From positions 2,720,001-2,784,000 of the forward strand of contig OY762654.1 of NCBI GenBank assembly GCA_963666205.1: a stretch of 64,000 nt of DNA. The letters are read 5' to 3'. The notes beneath the pieces were generated by a model. It was not told the origin of the DNA. It worked only from the letters and a program-made list of their open reading frames with translations, and did no database searches. Position numbers and translations under genes: made by a program. Within the stretch, counting starts at the first letter, position 1; each line of letters starts with the position of its first letter. Below are positions 19,446-29,781 of this stretch, one piece after another. The stretch comes from Synergistales bacterium (GTDB taxonomy: Bacteria > Synergistota > Synergistia > Synergistales > JAFGMB01).

Positions 19446-21007
19446 ACTGGCATGCACATTTACCCGCACTCCTCCTGGCCGTTCCGCTGCTTGGAGCCTT
19501 TGCTACACCAGTATTTAACATGGGAGGCAAGACACTAAGAAATGCATGGTTTATCGCCATATCATCTTCTGTATTTCTCATTGCCCTGGCCCTGTGGCAC
19601 CAGGTATCCGTAAACGGCATACAGGTATATGTGATGGGAGCAGAGAAGTTTGCCCTTACCCTCCCATCCGGTATGAAACTACCGGTGAGAATTATCCTTG
19701 AAGTTGATGCCTTAAGTGCTTTTATGGCATTAGCCGGTTCTATAACTTCTCTCGCTGGTGCATGGTTCTCCCTGAGTTTCATGGATCGTTTCTCCGGACT
19801 TTCCCGGTTCGTTTCCCTCTACCTGCTTCTTACCGTTGGAATGCTGGGAATGATGATTACCGGAGACCTGTTCAATTTCTTCGTTTTCCTTGAGATCGCT
19901 TCCGTAGCTTCTTATGGTCTGGTGGCCTTCTGGAGGGACAGACCACAGGCGATAGAGGCAAGCTTTAAATACATGCTTCTGTCTCAGTTGGCAGCAATGC
20001 TTGTTCTTGTTGCCATCGGATTCCTGTATGGAAGATATAACGTTCTGAATATGGCTGCAATCGGGAGCCTGATCCACCTGGGTCTTGTTGAAAAAGTGGC
20101 CCTTGCTTTCCTGATATCGGCTCTTGCCCTTAAATGCGGAGCCTTTCCCATGTACCTCTGGATCCCTGATGCATATGGTGAAGCTCCTGCAAGTGTCAGC
20201 TGTCTTCTTGTCACTGTCAGCCAAGCCTCCCTCTATGGACTTTTCAGGGTCTGTTTCTCAATTTACGGATTGGCCATGTCAAACCAGGTAGTGGCCTGGA
20301 TCATCATTATATTTGGACTCCTGTCCATGTTCATTGCAGTATCAATGGCGGTTGTTCAGCATGAGGTCAAACGCCTTATGGCTTATCACGCTGTGTCCCA
20401 GACGGGTTACATGCTTCTGGGTGTAGGAGTAGGTCTCCTTGCCCTTGGAAATCCACAGGCCCTTGCCGAGTATGGTTTTACGGCATTGAAGGGTGGAGTT
20501 TTCCACATCTTCAACCATGCCATGTATAAGGGACTCCTTTTCCTTACAGCCGGCACACTCTATTACATGACAGGAACCCGCGATCTGAACAAAATGGGAG
20601 GACTTGTCAGGAAATCACCGATGACAGCCTTTATGTTCGTTGTCGCTGCTGCAGCCATCGCAGGACTTCCTCCTATGAATGGATTTGCCTCAAAACTGCT
20701 GATCTACCAGTCAAGTTTTGCAGTGCATCCCGTTCTGACAGTCGTGGCCCTGGTAACGTCCATTCTGACACTTGCCTCCTTCGTGAAGGTTTTCCAGACT
20801 GCCTTCCTGGGTCCTGAACAGGACAGGATGGCGGATGTCAAAAAAGTTCCTGCCACCATGCTTGCGGGCATGGGAATTCTAACGGTAGCAGTCCTTTTCC
20901 TGACATTCTTCCCGACCTGGGCCCTCTCTCATCTTGTAGAGCCGGCAGCCAAGGCGCTGGTTGATCAGGCTGGCTATATTGCTGCCATCATGGGAGGTGC
21001 CTTCTGA
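19442..21007 (+). CDS. mbhH: MnhD/NuoM-like proton-conducting subunit
   Basis: DLFNFFVFLE, K.GAFP..LWIPDAY, GLPP.NGFASK. Confidence 0.88.
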   Translation: MNWHAHLPALLLAVPLLGAFATPVFNMGGKTLRNAWFIAISSSVFLIALALWHQVSVNGIQVYVMGAEKFALTLPSGMKLPVRIILEVDALSAFMALAGSITSLAGAWFSLSFMDRFSGLSRFVSLYLLLTVGMLGMMITGDLFNFFVFLEIASVASYGLVAFWRDRPQAIEASFKYMLLSQLAAMLVLVAIGFLYGRYNVLNMAAIGSLIHLGLVEKVALAFLISALALKCGAFPMYLWIPDAYGEAPASVSCLLVTVSQASLYGLFRVCFSIYGLAMSNQVVAWIIIIFGLLSMFIAVSMAVVQHEVKRLMAYHAVSQTGYMLLGVGVGLLALGNPQALAEYGFTALKGGVFHIFNHAMYKGLLFLTAGTLYYMTGTRDLNKMGGLVRKSPMTAFMFVVAAAAIAGLPPMNGFASKLLIYQSSFAVHPVLTVVALVTSILTLASFVKVFQTAFLGPEQDRMADVKKVPATMLAGMGILTVAVLFLTFFPTWALSHLVEPAAKALVDQAGYIAAIMGGAF

Positions 21008-21348
21008 TGTGGACTAAAGTAGTTACCGGTTTTGGATACTGGGATGTCTATTCATGGCTTATTTTCCTGGCCATTGCCTCCTTCTTTACTCTCTGGCTCC
21101 GAAACAGCGGGCGTCAGGATTACAAGGAGGGGACGTACCAGGATGAGATCTATTTCTCCGGTAACGATGTACCGGAAGATGGCCAGAATATTTCAGTTCC
21201 TGCTGATTCTGCCTATTGGGGCTTTATCAAGGTATTTCGTCCGTATTACGACGTTATGCTTTCAGTCCACAATGGACTGGCTCAGGATTATTTAGGGTAC
21301 TTTGTTCTGTCCATAGCCATAATTACAGCGTTGATCGTACTTCTTTAG
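21007..21348 (+). CDS. mbhI: MbhI-like membrane subunit
   Basis: Two TM segments, YFSG and HNG..QDY motifs; operon position. Confidence 0.75.
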   Translation: MWTKVVTGFGYWDVYSWLIFLAIASFFTLWLRNSGRQDYKEGTYQDEIYFSGNDVPEDGQNISVPADSAYWGFIKVFRPYYDVMLSVHNGLAQDYLGYFVLSIAIITALIVLL

Positions 21349-21360
21349 GAGGGTAAAAAT

Positions 21361-21852
21361 ATGATGAAACTGGAAAAATACCTCGAAGTATTGCCGAAAT
21401 CCCTCTGGGTCTTCGCCTGTAATTCCGGCTCTTGTAATGGTTGTGATATTGAAATAGTTGCAACCATAAGCCCCAGATATGATATCGAGCGCTTCGGGAT
21501 GAAACTGGTAGGGACGCCCAAACATGCAGATGTACTTCTCGTGACAGGACCAGTTACACGTTTTATGAAACCGAAACTTGAAAGGATATATGCCCAGATA
21601 CCTGATCCCAAGGTCGTAATGGTAATAGGTAACTGTGGTGCTTCGGGTGACGTTTTTTATAAATCATACAATCTGGTCGGTCCGGTAGATAACGTAATAC
21701 CAGTTGATGTTTATGTACACGGTTGTCCTCCAAGACCGGAGGCAATAATTGAAGGAGCAGCCAAAGCTGTCCTGAAGCTCGAAGAGAAAAAGAAACAACT
21801 TCTTCAGGGTGCAGCTGAAGCTCCCGCGGTTGTAAAGGCTGGTGCTGAATAA
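21361..21852 (+). CDS. mbhJ: Group 4 hydrogenase small subunit (NuoB-like)
   Basis: SCNGCDIE, GNCG, GCPPRP. Confidence 0.92.
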   Translation: MMKLEKYLEVLPKSLWVFACNSGSCNGCDIEIVATISPRYDIERFGMKLVGTPKHADVLLVTGPVTRFMKPKLERIYAQIPDPKVVMVIGNCGASGDVFYKSYNLVGPVDNVIPVDVYVHGCPPRPEAIIEGAAKAVLKLEEKKKQLLQGAAEAPAVVKAGAE

Positions 21853-22400
21853 TGCCATGTCGTAAAGATTATGTCAAAGAAACCAAGGATCCTCACGAAG
21901 TTGTAAAGTGCCTTGAGGAAAAGTTTGAAAAAGATATCTCTATCGATATCTTCAGGGAACAGAAGGCCGGTATCAAGAATGAAACCCAGTTCTATGAAGT
22001 CTGGCTGATGATAACGAGAGAGCGTTTCCTTGAGCTGATTGACCAGCTTTTCGAGTTCGATTTTCTTCATTTCCATATCACATCGGGTAATGATGATGGA
22101 GATGTGGTTACTCTTTACTATCATTTTTCTCTCTTCAGAGTTGCTGAGCAGGGAAAAAGGCTTGGTATGACGGTTGGTGTGGCTGTACCCAAGGAAGATC
22201 TGGTCATGCCATCACTTTTCGACAGAATACCTGGCATTGAGTACAGTGAAAGGGAGATCCGTGAAATGCTTGGTGTAGATTTTGACGGACTTCCCAACAA
22301 AGCCCTTGTCTTTCTTCCGGAGGACTGGGATCAGACTATCAAACCCTGGCGACGTGATGAAACAGGACCTGGTCCTGAAGTTGTCAGGGAGCTTTCCTAG
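21852..22400 (+). CDS. mbhK: NuoC-like subunit
   Basis: EREIREMLGVDFDGLP...LPEDW. Confidence 0.88.
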   Translation: MPCRKDYVKETKDPHEVVKCLEEKFEKDISIDIFREQKAGIKNETQFYEVWLMITRERFLELIDQLFEFDFLHFHITSGNDDGDVVTLYYHFSLFRVAEQGKRLGMTVGVAVPKEDLVMPSLFDRIPGIEYSEREIREMLGVDFDGLPNKALVFLPEDWDQTIKPWRRDETGPGPEVVRELS

Positions 22401-22414
22401 AGTGGGGTGATTTA

Positions 22415-23653
22415 ATGGCTAGCGAGAATGTTTCTACTTATAAGCTCCCCATCGGCCCCGTCCATGTAGGATTGAAAGAACCGATTACTGCCTGGTTGGA
22501 CATTGATGGAGAAAAGATAGTAAATGCAACTATCAGGCCAGGTGCGATACACAGGGGTATAGAGTATATGGCAAGGGACCGGAATCCGATCCAGGTTATA
22601 TCTCTCTCTGAAAGAATATGTGGCATCTGTTCTTTCTCCCATGTGACCTGTTTTGTCAGGGCAGTTGAGAATGTCGCAGATATACCAGTTCCTTCAAGGG
22701 CTCAGTACATAAGAGCATTGGTACTTGAGCTGGAAAGACTCCATTCTCACATTCTGTGGGCCGGAGTTGCCTGCTACTCCATAGGTTACGATTCTGCTTT
22801 CCATCTGGGGATGCTTCTCAGAGAGAAAGTAATGGACGTTCTGGAGGCCTTTACCGGAAATAGAGTGAACTATGGTATGGGTACGGTTGGAGGAGTAAGG
22901 TGGGATGTAACTCCTGAAGTTGACAAGACCGTAAGGGAAATGGTCAGCTTCTACCGCAACGAGTTTGATGCTTTTTATGATGTAGTAACCGAAGATCCAA
23001 TAGCGAAGGCAAGGATGAGGGGAGTGGGCGTGCTTACCCGCGAAGAGGCCATCAGGTACTGTGCCCTTGGTCCAACCGCGAGAGCAAGCGGTATCCGTTG
23101 TGACCTGCGCTGGTCTGCTCCCTATGAAGCCTATGGCGACATGGATATCAAACCCATCGTTCCCCAGGATTATTACGGCAAGGCTTATGGAGATGTCTTT
23201 GACCGTTTCCTTGTAAGGGTCCTGGAGGTTTACCAGTCACTGGATATCATAGAAAATGTAATGGATGGACTTCCTGAAGGCCCTCTCATGTGGGAACCCA
23301 AACTGCCCAAACTTCTTGCACACCTTAAAAAGGCTGACGGAATGGGTTGGGGTGCCATTGAAGCACCAAGAGGAGACGATACTCACGTCGTCAGACTTAC
23401 AGGAGGACAGGAGAACGTAACCTGGTGGAAAGTCCGTGCTCCTACTTATGCCAATGCAGTATCCTGGCCGCTAATGTTCAGGAATAATGAACTGGCAGAC
23501 GCTCCCCTTATCATCAACAGTGTTGATCCATGTATTTCCTGCATGGAGAGAATGCTGATCACTGACAGGTCGTCGGATGCAAAACAGGTAGTTAGCAAAG
23601 CAGAACTGCTTGAAAAATGCAGGGAAAAGACAAGGAGGATGATGCAGTCATGA
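22415..23653 (+). CDS. mbhL: Group 4 [NiFe]-hydrogenase large subunit
   Basis: L1 RICGICSFSH and L2 DPCISCMER keep all four Ni-binding Cys; C-terminal extension present. Confidence 0.92.
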   Translation: MASENVSTYKLPIGPVHVGLKEPITAWLDIDGEKIVNATIRPGAIHRGIEYMARDRNPIQVISLSERICGICSFSHVTCFVRAVENVADIPVPSRAQYIRALVLELERLHSHILWAGVACYSIGYDSAFHLGMLLREKVMDVLEAFTGNRVNYGMGTVGGVRWDVTPEVDKTVREMVSFYRNEFDAFYDVVTEDPIAKARMRGVGVLTREEAIRYCALGPTARASGIRCDLRWSAPYEAYGDMDIKPIVPQDYYGKAYGDVFDRFLVRVLEVYQSLDIIENVMDGLPEGPLMWEPKLPKLLAHLKKADGMGWGAIEAPRGDDTHVVRLTGGQENVTWWKVRAPTYANAVSWPLMFRNNELADAPLIINSVDPCISCMERMLITDRSSDAKQVVSKAELLEKCREKTRRMMQS

Positions 23654-24642
23654 TGTCCTTCATTCTGAAGATAATCGCCGGAGCTGCGTTGATGCTTCTG
23701 ACAGGAGTTCTTGCTATCCTTTTTGAAGGGGTCGACAGGGTTCTTCACGCCAAAATGCAGAGAAGATGGGGGCCTCCTGTTCTTCAGCCCTTCTATGATA
23801 TTCTCAAACTTCTTGGCAAAGAGAACATCGTCCCTCGCAGGGCCAATAAGTGGCTTTACAATACAGCGCCATGGTTCTCTGTTGCAATAATGCTACTTGT
23901 GTTCATGTACATACCAGTGGGATCTCTCCCGGCTATTTCAGGAACTGGCGGTGGAATGATACTTATAATCTACCTACTTGGTCTATCTGGTGTCTGCATG
24001 GCCCTCGGCGGTTTTGCGAGCGGAAATCCCATAGCGAATGTAGGTGCCCAGCGTGAAATGATCCTTATGATGAGCTACGAGCTTCCCCTTGCAGTCGTTA
24101 TAAGTACCATGGCCTGGCTTGCCTATCGTGTCGGGATGCCTGGTCAACCCTTCAGCCTGGAAACCTTCAGCAGCATGTCTGTCTGGGGAGTAGTTGGTAA
24201 GCCAGGAGTACTTGGAATCCTCCTGCTATTCATTTCCCTAGTGCTGGTCGTACCGGGTGAAACTGGAAAGGGCCCCATGGATATACCTGAAGCCAAAACC
24301 GAGATCCTGGAAGGGCTTTCCATCGAATATTCAGGTGTAAACCTTGCCTTGCTGCACCTTTCCGTATCCCTGCGGGGTCTGGCTATGTCAGCAGTTATCG
24401 TGGCCCTTTTCCTACCGTGGTCTCTCGGTGGGTGGCTTCACCTGAAGGGAGCACTCCTGTTTGGTATGGACTTTATCTGGTTCTGGATAAAGGTTTTTGG
24501 AGTGGGGATCCTGGGAGTCACGATAATCAGAACAGCCTTTGGACGTTTCAAGATCTGGCAGGCTTCTCACTTCTACTGGGTTAAGGTCGCCGGTATTTCC
24601 ATTGCCGGAATGATCCTGCTGTCTCTTGACGTGCTACTTTAA
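23650..24642 (+). CDS. mbhM: NuoH-like membrane subunit
   Basis: QRRWGPPVLQPFYD, PMDIPEA..E. Confidence 0.9.
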   Translation: MMSFILKIIAGAALMLLTGVLAILFEGVDRVLHAKMQRRWGPPVLQPFYDILKLLGKENIVPRRANKWLYNTAPWFSVAIMLLVFMYIPVGSLPAISGTGGGMILIIYLLGLSGVCMALGGFASGNPIANVGAQREMILMMSYELPLAVVISTMAWLAYRVGMPGQPFSLETFSSMSVWGVVGKPGVLGILLLFISLVLVVPGETGKGPMDIPEAKTEILEGLSIEYSGVNLALLHLSVSLRGLAMSAVIVALFLPWSLGGWLHLKGALLFGMDFIWFWIKVFGVGILGVTIIRTAFGRFKIWQASHFYWVKVAGISIAGMILLSLDVLL

Positions 24643-24659
24643 GAGGGGAGGGTGAATGA

Positions 24660-25580
24660 ATGTTTAATCTGATGTCCCTTCAAATGCTGAGGCAGTGGGT
24701 AGACAAGGTTTTTACCAATCCCTTCCCGGTTGCCAATATGCCTGAAGAACTGGGTGAAGCTTTACAGGCTGCGGAAAGAGGCGAGATCAGCCTTAATCCC
24801 CCGGTTCCTTTAAATCTTAAGGAACAGCGGTTCCGCGGCAGGGTTTCTTACGACAAGAGCAAATGTATTGGCTGCAAGATGTGCATTAAAGTGTGTCCTG
24901 CCAATGCCATTACCTTTATCACCGAAGAAAAGAAGGTCCAGGTCCATTCTGACCGCTGCTGTTTCTGTGCGCAGTGTACAGAGATATGTCCTGTCAACTG
25001 CCTGGCCATGTCAAACGATTTTGCCTTTGCCTCTTATGAAAGAAATGAAGAAGAGGTAATAGTAAAAGATTCTGGTGATATAAAGGTGAAACTGGAAAAC
25101 GTTGTAAAGGTTCTTGAAGCTGAGCCGGTCCGGTTAGATGAAGATACACTTGGAGAGGAAGAGCTTGTCGAAGAAGAAGTGAAACCCAAATATGAAATAG
25201 ATCCTGAAAAATGCATCGGATGCACAAAATGTGCAAGATTATGTCCGGTTGATGCGATCACCGGAAAAGTTAAAGAGCCCCATGTTATTGACAAACAGGT
25301 ATGCATTGCCTGTGGTCAGTGTGCTGATGGCTGTCCGGTTGGAGCTATTTTCCTCGAAGATCTGGGGGAAAAAGACAATAAAACTCCTGCTGAGATCGAA
25401 GTGAAATCAACCGAATCCGACGTGGTGGAAGAAACCCCACCAGCGGTAGTTGAAGAAATGGTGGAAGAAACAAAAGAAGAAGTTATTCCCGAAGCTGCTC
25501 CCGTTAAGGCTGCACCCAAAAGTACAAAACCAGCTGCTCGAAAGAGGGCTCCGAGAAAAAAGAAAGAAGAAACTGAGTAA
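24660..25580 (+). CDS. mbhN: NuoI-like 4Fe-4S subunit with an extra ferredoxin domain and charged tail
   Basis: Four CxxCxxCxxxCP motifs. Confidence 0.85.
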   Translation: MFNLMSLQMLRQWVDKVFTNPFPVANMPEELGEALQAAERGEISLNPPVPLNLKEQRFRGRVSYDKSKCIGCKMCIKVCPANAITFITEEKKVQVHSDRCCFCAQCTEICPVNCLAMSNDFAFASYERNEEEVIVKDSGDIKVKLENVVKVLEAEPVRLDEDTLGEEELVEEEVKPKYEIDPEKCIGCTKCARLCPVDAITGKVKEPHVIDKQVCIACGQCADGCPVGAIFLEDLGEKDNKTPAEIEVKSTESDVVEETPPAVVEEMVEETKEEVIPEAAPVKAAPKSTKPAARKRAPRKKKEETE

Positions 25581-25594
25581 TACAGCGATAAAAC

Positions 25595-25634
25595 AAAAAA
25601 GACCGGAAGGGTGATCACCCTTCCGGTCTTTTTT
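25595..25634. terminator. Bidirectional terminator
   Basis: Perfect palindrome AAAAAAGACCGGAAGGGTGATCACCCTTCCGGTCTTTTTT. Confidence 0.9.
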
Positions 25635-25673
25635 ATCAGCATAGAGTTTTAGAGATAGGCTTGAAAACCGCGG

Positions 25674-26987
25674 CTAAACAAAATCGTAAAATTCCAGTCT
25701 CCGTTTTACTTCATCTTTTCCCAGGAAATCCGCCACTTCGAATATTCCTGGACTTACTTTAACACCCGTAATTGCCCAACGCATAGGCATCAGCAGGTTT
25801 TTGACCTTGAGTTCCCGTTCCTTTGCCCAGTTTCTTGTAAAACTTTCCATCTCTTCAACTGACCATTTTTCAAGATCGAGGAATTCTGCGAAAAATGATT
25901 TCAGGATCTTTCTGTTATCTTCATCAACATCAGCAGCATCATATCTTTCTTTTACAACATCAAAAGTGATCAGATAATCAGAGTATTGTGCAGCTTCTAT
26001 TGTAGTCCGTCCTCTTCCACCCAGAAGGGTCAGGGCTGCAGCTAGGTATTCCCTTGAATGATCTTCCACAGGAAGGCCGGCTTCTCTCCAGAATGGTTCC
26101 ACAAGGGCCAGTCTCTCGTAAGGTTCCATTGTTTTAAGATGTTCCTGGTTAATGTAGTGGAGTTTGTCAGTATCGAAAACAGCAGCTTTTCTGGTTACCC
26201 TTGAGAGATCAAATAACTCTACTGCTTCTTCCCTTGTAAATACTTCTTTTTCATCCCCTGCGGACCAGCCCAGAATAGCAAGGAAATTGAATATTCCCTC
26301 TGGAATGAAACCCTGATCCCGGTATTCATATACACTTGTCGCCCCATGTCTTTTGGAGAGTTTTTTCTTATCCTTCCCCAGGATCATAGGCAGGTGTGCG
26401 AACCTGGGTACTTCCCAGCCAAGTGCGTCATACATAAGTATCTGTTTGGGAGTATTGGAAATATGATCTTCTCCCCTGATGACGTAAGTGATGTCCATAC
26501 AGTGGTCATCGACCACAACTGCATAATTATAAGTGGGCATTCCATCGCTCTTTATAAGAACGATGTCCTTTAAAGTTTCACTCATAACCTCAATATGACC
26601 GTAGACCACATCATCAAAGATCAGTTTTTTACCCTGGGGTACCCTGTAGATTATCGCAGGGCCTTCCATATAAGCCTTTCCTTCATCCACGAGCTGCTGA
26701 GCATACTTATGATAAAGTTCAAGCCTTTCAGACTGGCGGTAGGGGCCATATTCGCCACCAATATCCGGGCCTTCATCCCAGTCAAGACCCAGCCATTTCA
26801 TCCCGGCCATAATGGTATCTTCGTATTCTTTGGTGGATCTCTGCCGGTCTGTATCCTCAATACGAAGGATCAGTCTACCCTTATTGTGTCTGGCCCAGAG
26901 CCAGTTGAAAAGAGCCGTATGTCCTCCTCCGATATGGAGTGCTCCAGTGGGGCTTGGGGCAAAACGTACACGGACCTGTTCATTCAT
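25674..26987 (-). CDS. gltX: Glutamate--tRNA ligase
   Basis: RFAPSPTG, HIGG, IRGEDH, KLSKR. Confidence 0.97.
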   Translation of the reverse strand: MNEQVRVRFAPSPTGALHIGGGHTALFNWLWARHNKGRLILRIEDTDRQRSTKEYEDTIMAGMKWLGLDWDEGPDIGGEYGPYRQSERLELYHKYAQQLVDEGKAYMEGPAIIYRVPQGKKLIFDDVVYGHIEVMSETLKDIVLIKSDGMPTYNYAVVVDDHCMDITYVIRGEDHISNTPKQILMYDALGWEVPRFAHLPMILGKDKKKLSKRHGATSVYEYRDQGFIPEGIFNFLAILGWSAGDEKEVFTREEAVELFDLSRVTRKAAVFDTDKLHYINQEHLKTMEPYERLALVEPFWREAGLPVEDHSREYLAAALTLLGGRGRTTIEAAQYSDYLITFDVVKERYDAADVDEDNRKILKSFFAEFLDLEKWSVEEMESFTRNWAKERELKVKNLLMPMRWAITGVKVSPGIFEVADFLGKDEVKRRLEFYDFV

Positions 26988-27112
26988 GTCAATTTTCCTC
27001 CCCTGTAAATTCTTCCTGATTCAGAAATAGATTCCCATAGAATTCGGGAACATGTACAATGAATTTGTAAAACTGCTGGTTATTATAACCTAAGGAAAAG
27101 GAAAAGGAAGGA

Positions 27113-29692
27113 GTGTTTACTCTGCAGGGAAATACATTGCTGCTCATAGATGGCCATGCCATGGCCTACAGATCCTTTTATGCATTACCTGAACTGACAG
27201 CCCCTGATGGGACACCTACCAATGCAATACTCGGTTTTTTCAACATGATACTGAAAATAATGGATGAATGGGATCCATCTGAAGTCATAGTGGTATTCGA
27301 TGCCAAGGGGCCTACCTTCAGGCATGAAAGCTATGAAGATTACAAAAAAGGCAGAAAACCGACGCCGGAAGAGTTCAAGATCCAGCTCCCCATCCTCCAG
27401 TCAATGCTTCGTTCCTTCGGCATGAAAGTGGAAATTCGGGAAGGAGTCGAGGCAGACGATGTGATAGCCTCTACTGCTATCAAGTCGAGCAAAGAAGGAC
27501 GAGATGTTTTAGCTCTTTCTTCTGACAAGGACCTCATGCAGATCCTTCGCCCTGGAATCAGAATGATACGTCCCCTTGTAGGAATATCCAGTTTCAAGAT
27601 ATATGACACTGAAACTTTTACAGATGAGTATGGTTTTGCCCCTTCGCAAATGCCCGATTATCTGGCGCTTCTGGGAGACAAAATAGATAATGTACCAGGG
27701 GTGCCTGGAGTAGGTAAGAAAACTGCTTCAGAGCTTATCATCAGTTACGGGTCACTTGAAGGTATAAAAGAGAAAATAGCGGAACTGAAGCCGTCTCTGA
27801 AGAAAAAAATGGAGGAAAACTTTGAACAGGCAATAGTGAGCAGAGATCTGGTGTTTCTGAAAACAGATGTTCCCTTCGAGGAAAGAAAAGGCCAAAACGA
27901 AGAGATCAACCACGCTGTTTTTATTCGATTCTGTGAAAGACTGGGATTAAAAAAGATCCTTGAACGGACTAAGGACAGGATAGGCACAGGAGAAGGTACA
28001 GAACAGACCTTGGAAGCTGAATATCCTTCAAGCAGGGAAATAAAAGCAGTTCCAATGGAAGATTTACTCAGAAATACTGAACTTGCCTGCAGCTTTATTG
28101 TGGAAGGAGAATATCCCCTTGCCCTTAAACTGAGGTCCTTTTCTCTCATGGCAGATGATGGCAAATACTGTGTGGTTAATCTCAATGGAGAAGAACTGCC
28201 CCATACCCTGAAAACATGGTTCAGGGAAAACAGTCTTGTAACAGATAATTTTAAAACTCTCCAGGCACTTCTTGGAGGAGATTCACCCCTGCCGGATAAT
28301 GTCTTTGATATAAAGACCGTTCATTACCTTCTTCATCCCGATAGCTCTTCTCACGACCTGGAAGCAGTACTTGGAACAAAACCATGTAATGAGTCAGATA
28401 CCCTGCTCTCCATCTGGAGAGCAAAAGAAATGCTTGCACCCCAAATTGCAGATAAAGGCCTCGAAAGGGTGTTAAGGGATATAGATATGCCCCTTATCCC
28501 GGTGCTTTTGTCCATGGAGAATTATGGAATAAAACTGGATCAGGATCATTTCTTTGAATTGCGGTCAGACCTTAATTCAAGAATAGAGCAAATAGAGCTG
28601 GAAATTGCAGAAGCAGCTAAAACCAGAATTAACCTGAATTCTCCAAAACAGGTGGCATGGCTTCTCTTTGAACATATGGGTCTACCCGCACATAAAAAAA
28701 CAAAGACAGGATATTCTACCAATATTCAGGTACTGGAAGAACTGGCCAGTCTCCCTGAACCATCCAACACAATCCCTAAATTTCTTCTTGAACACAGGGA
28801 GATTTCCAAAATGTCCTCAGGATTTGTGGACCCTCTTTTAAAGGCAGTCCATCAATCTACAGGATGTGTACATGGGACCTTTGAAACCACTACAACAGGA
28901 ACTGGAAGGCTCAGCAGCAGGGATCCGAATCTTCAGAATCTACCTGTTTATGGATATTGGTCACAAAGAATGAGAGAGGGCCTGGTACCTCATTCACCCC
29001 AAAGATGTTTTGTTGCGGCAGACTATTCCCAGGTCGAGCTGAGAGTACTTGCTCATCTTTGCGGTGATGAAAAACTTCTTCAGGCTTTCAGAGGAGACAG
29101 GGATATCCATACAGAAACAGCCTCCTGGGTATTCAATGTAGAGCCCTCATTCGTAACACCTGAATTGAGAAGAGTAGCGAAGATGATCAACTTCGGGATT
29201 CTCTATGGTATGAGCTCCTTTGGTCTTGCCCAGAGGATGGGTCTGGGCAGGTCTGAAGCATCCCAGATGATCAACAGGTATTTCAATGCCCTTCCAGGTG
29301 TAAGAGCCTTCATAGAGGAAACCTATGAACAGGCCAGGAGAGATGGATATACAAAAACCCTTTTTGGAAGAATCAGGCCCCTCGATGAAGTCACAACAAT
29401 AAATGGCAGAGATGCAGGTGCACTGAAACGAGTTGCAGTTAACAGTCCTATCCAGGGGACAGCAGCAGATATAGCAAAAATAGCCATGATAAATTTCCAC
29501 ACCCAGGTGGTTAAGGATAATCCGGATGTGGATCTTGTCCTTCAGGTTCATGACTCACTTGTCTGTGAATGCCCACTTGAGCAAAGAGAAACAGTGCAGA
29601 AACAGCTTGTGTCAATAATGGGAAAAGCCGCTACTCTTGACGTACCTCTTAAAGTTGAAGCGAAGTTCGGAAGCTCCATAGCTGATATTTGA
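27113..29692 (+). CDS. polA: DNA polymerase I
   Basis: 5'-3' exonuclease N-terminus; TGRLSS, DYSQVELR, KMINFGILYG, QVHD. Confidence 0.97.
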   Translation: MFTLQGNTLLLIDGHAMAYRSFYALPELTAPDGTPTNAILGFFNMILKIMDEWDPSEVIVVFDAKGPTFRHESYEDYKKGRKPTPEEFKIQLPILQSMLRSFGMKVEIREGVEADDVIASTAIKSSKEGRDVLALSSDKDLMQILRPGIRMIRPLVGISSFKIYDTETFTDEYGFAPSQMPDYLALLGDKIDNVPGVPGVGKKTASELIISYGSLEGIKEKIAELKPSLKKKMEENFEQAIVSRDLVFLKTDVPFEERKGQNEEINHAVFIRFCERLGLKKILERTKDRIGTGEGTEQTLEAEYPSSREIKAVPMEDLLRNTELACSFIVEGEYPLALKLRSFSLMADDGKYCVVNLNGEELPHTLKTWFRENSLVTDNFKTLQALLGGDSPLPDNVFDIKTVHYLLHPDSSSHDLEAVLGTKPCNESDTLLSIWRAKEMLAPQIADKGLERVLRDIDMPLIPVLLSMENYGIKLDQDHFFELRSDLNSRIEQIELEIAEAAKTRINLNSPKQVAWLLFEHMGLPAHKKTKTGYSTNIQVLEELASLPEPSNTIPKFLLEHREISKMSSGFVDPLLKAVHQSTGCVHGTFETTTTGTGRLSSRDPNLQNLPVYGYWSQRMREGLVPHSPQRCFVAADYSQVELRVLAHLCGDEKLLQAFRGDRDIHTETASWVFNVEPSFVTPELRRVAKMINFGILYGMSSFGLAQRMGLGRSEASQMINRYFNALPGVRAFIEETYEQARRDGYTKTLFGRIRPLDEVTTINGRDAGALKRVAVNSPIQGTAADIAKIAMINFHTQVVKDNPDVDLVLQVHDSLVCECPLEQRETVQKQLVSIMGKAATLDVPLKVEAKFGSSIADI

Positions 29693-29781
29693 TCTATTTT
29701 CAAAATAGGGGTAATTACTGACCGGTACTTGTGGTAAAATAACCAGTCGGTACAGGCATATAAGAGGGAGGACGATCAACC

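Noticed and set aside
21361-24642. Calling the operon NADH dehydrogenase I or Mbx/Mbs
   Set aside because: The large subunit has all four Ni-ligating cysteines, and no NuoEFG is present.
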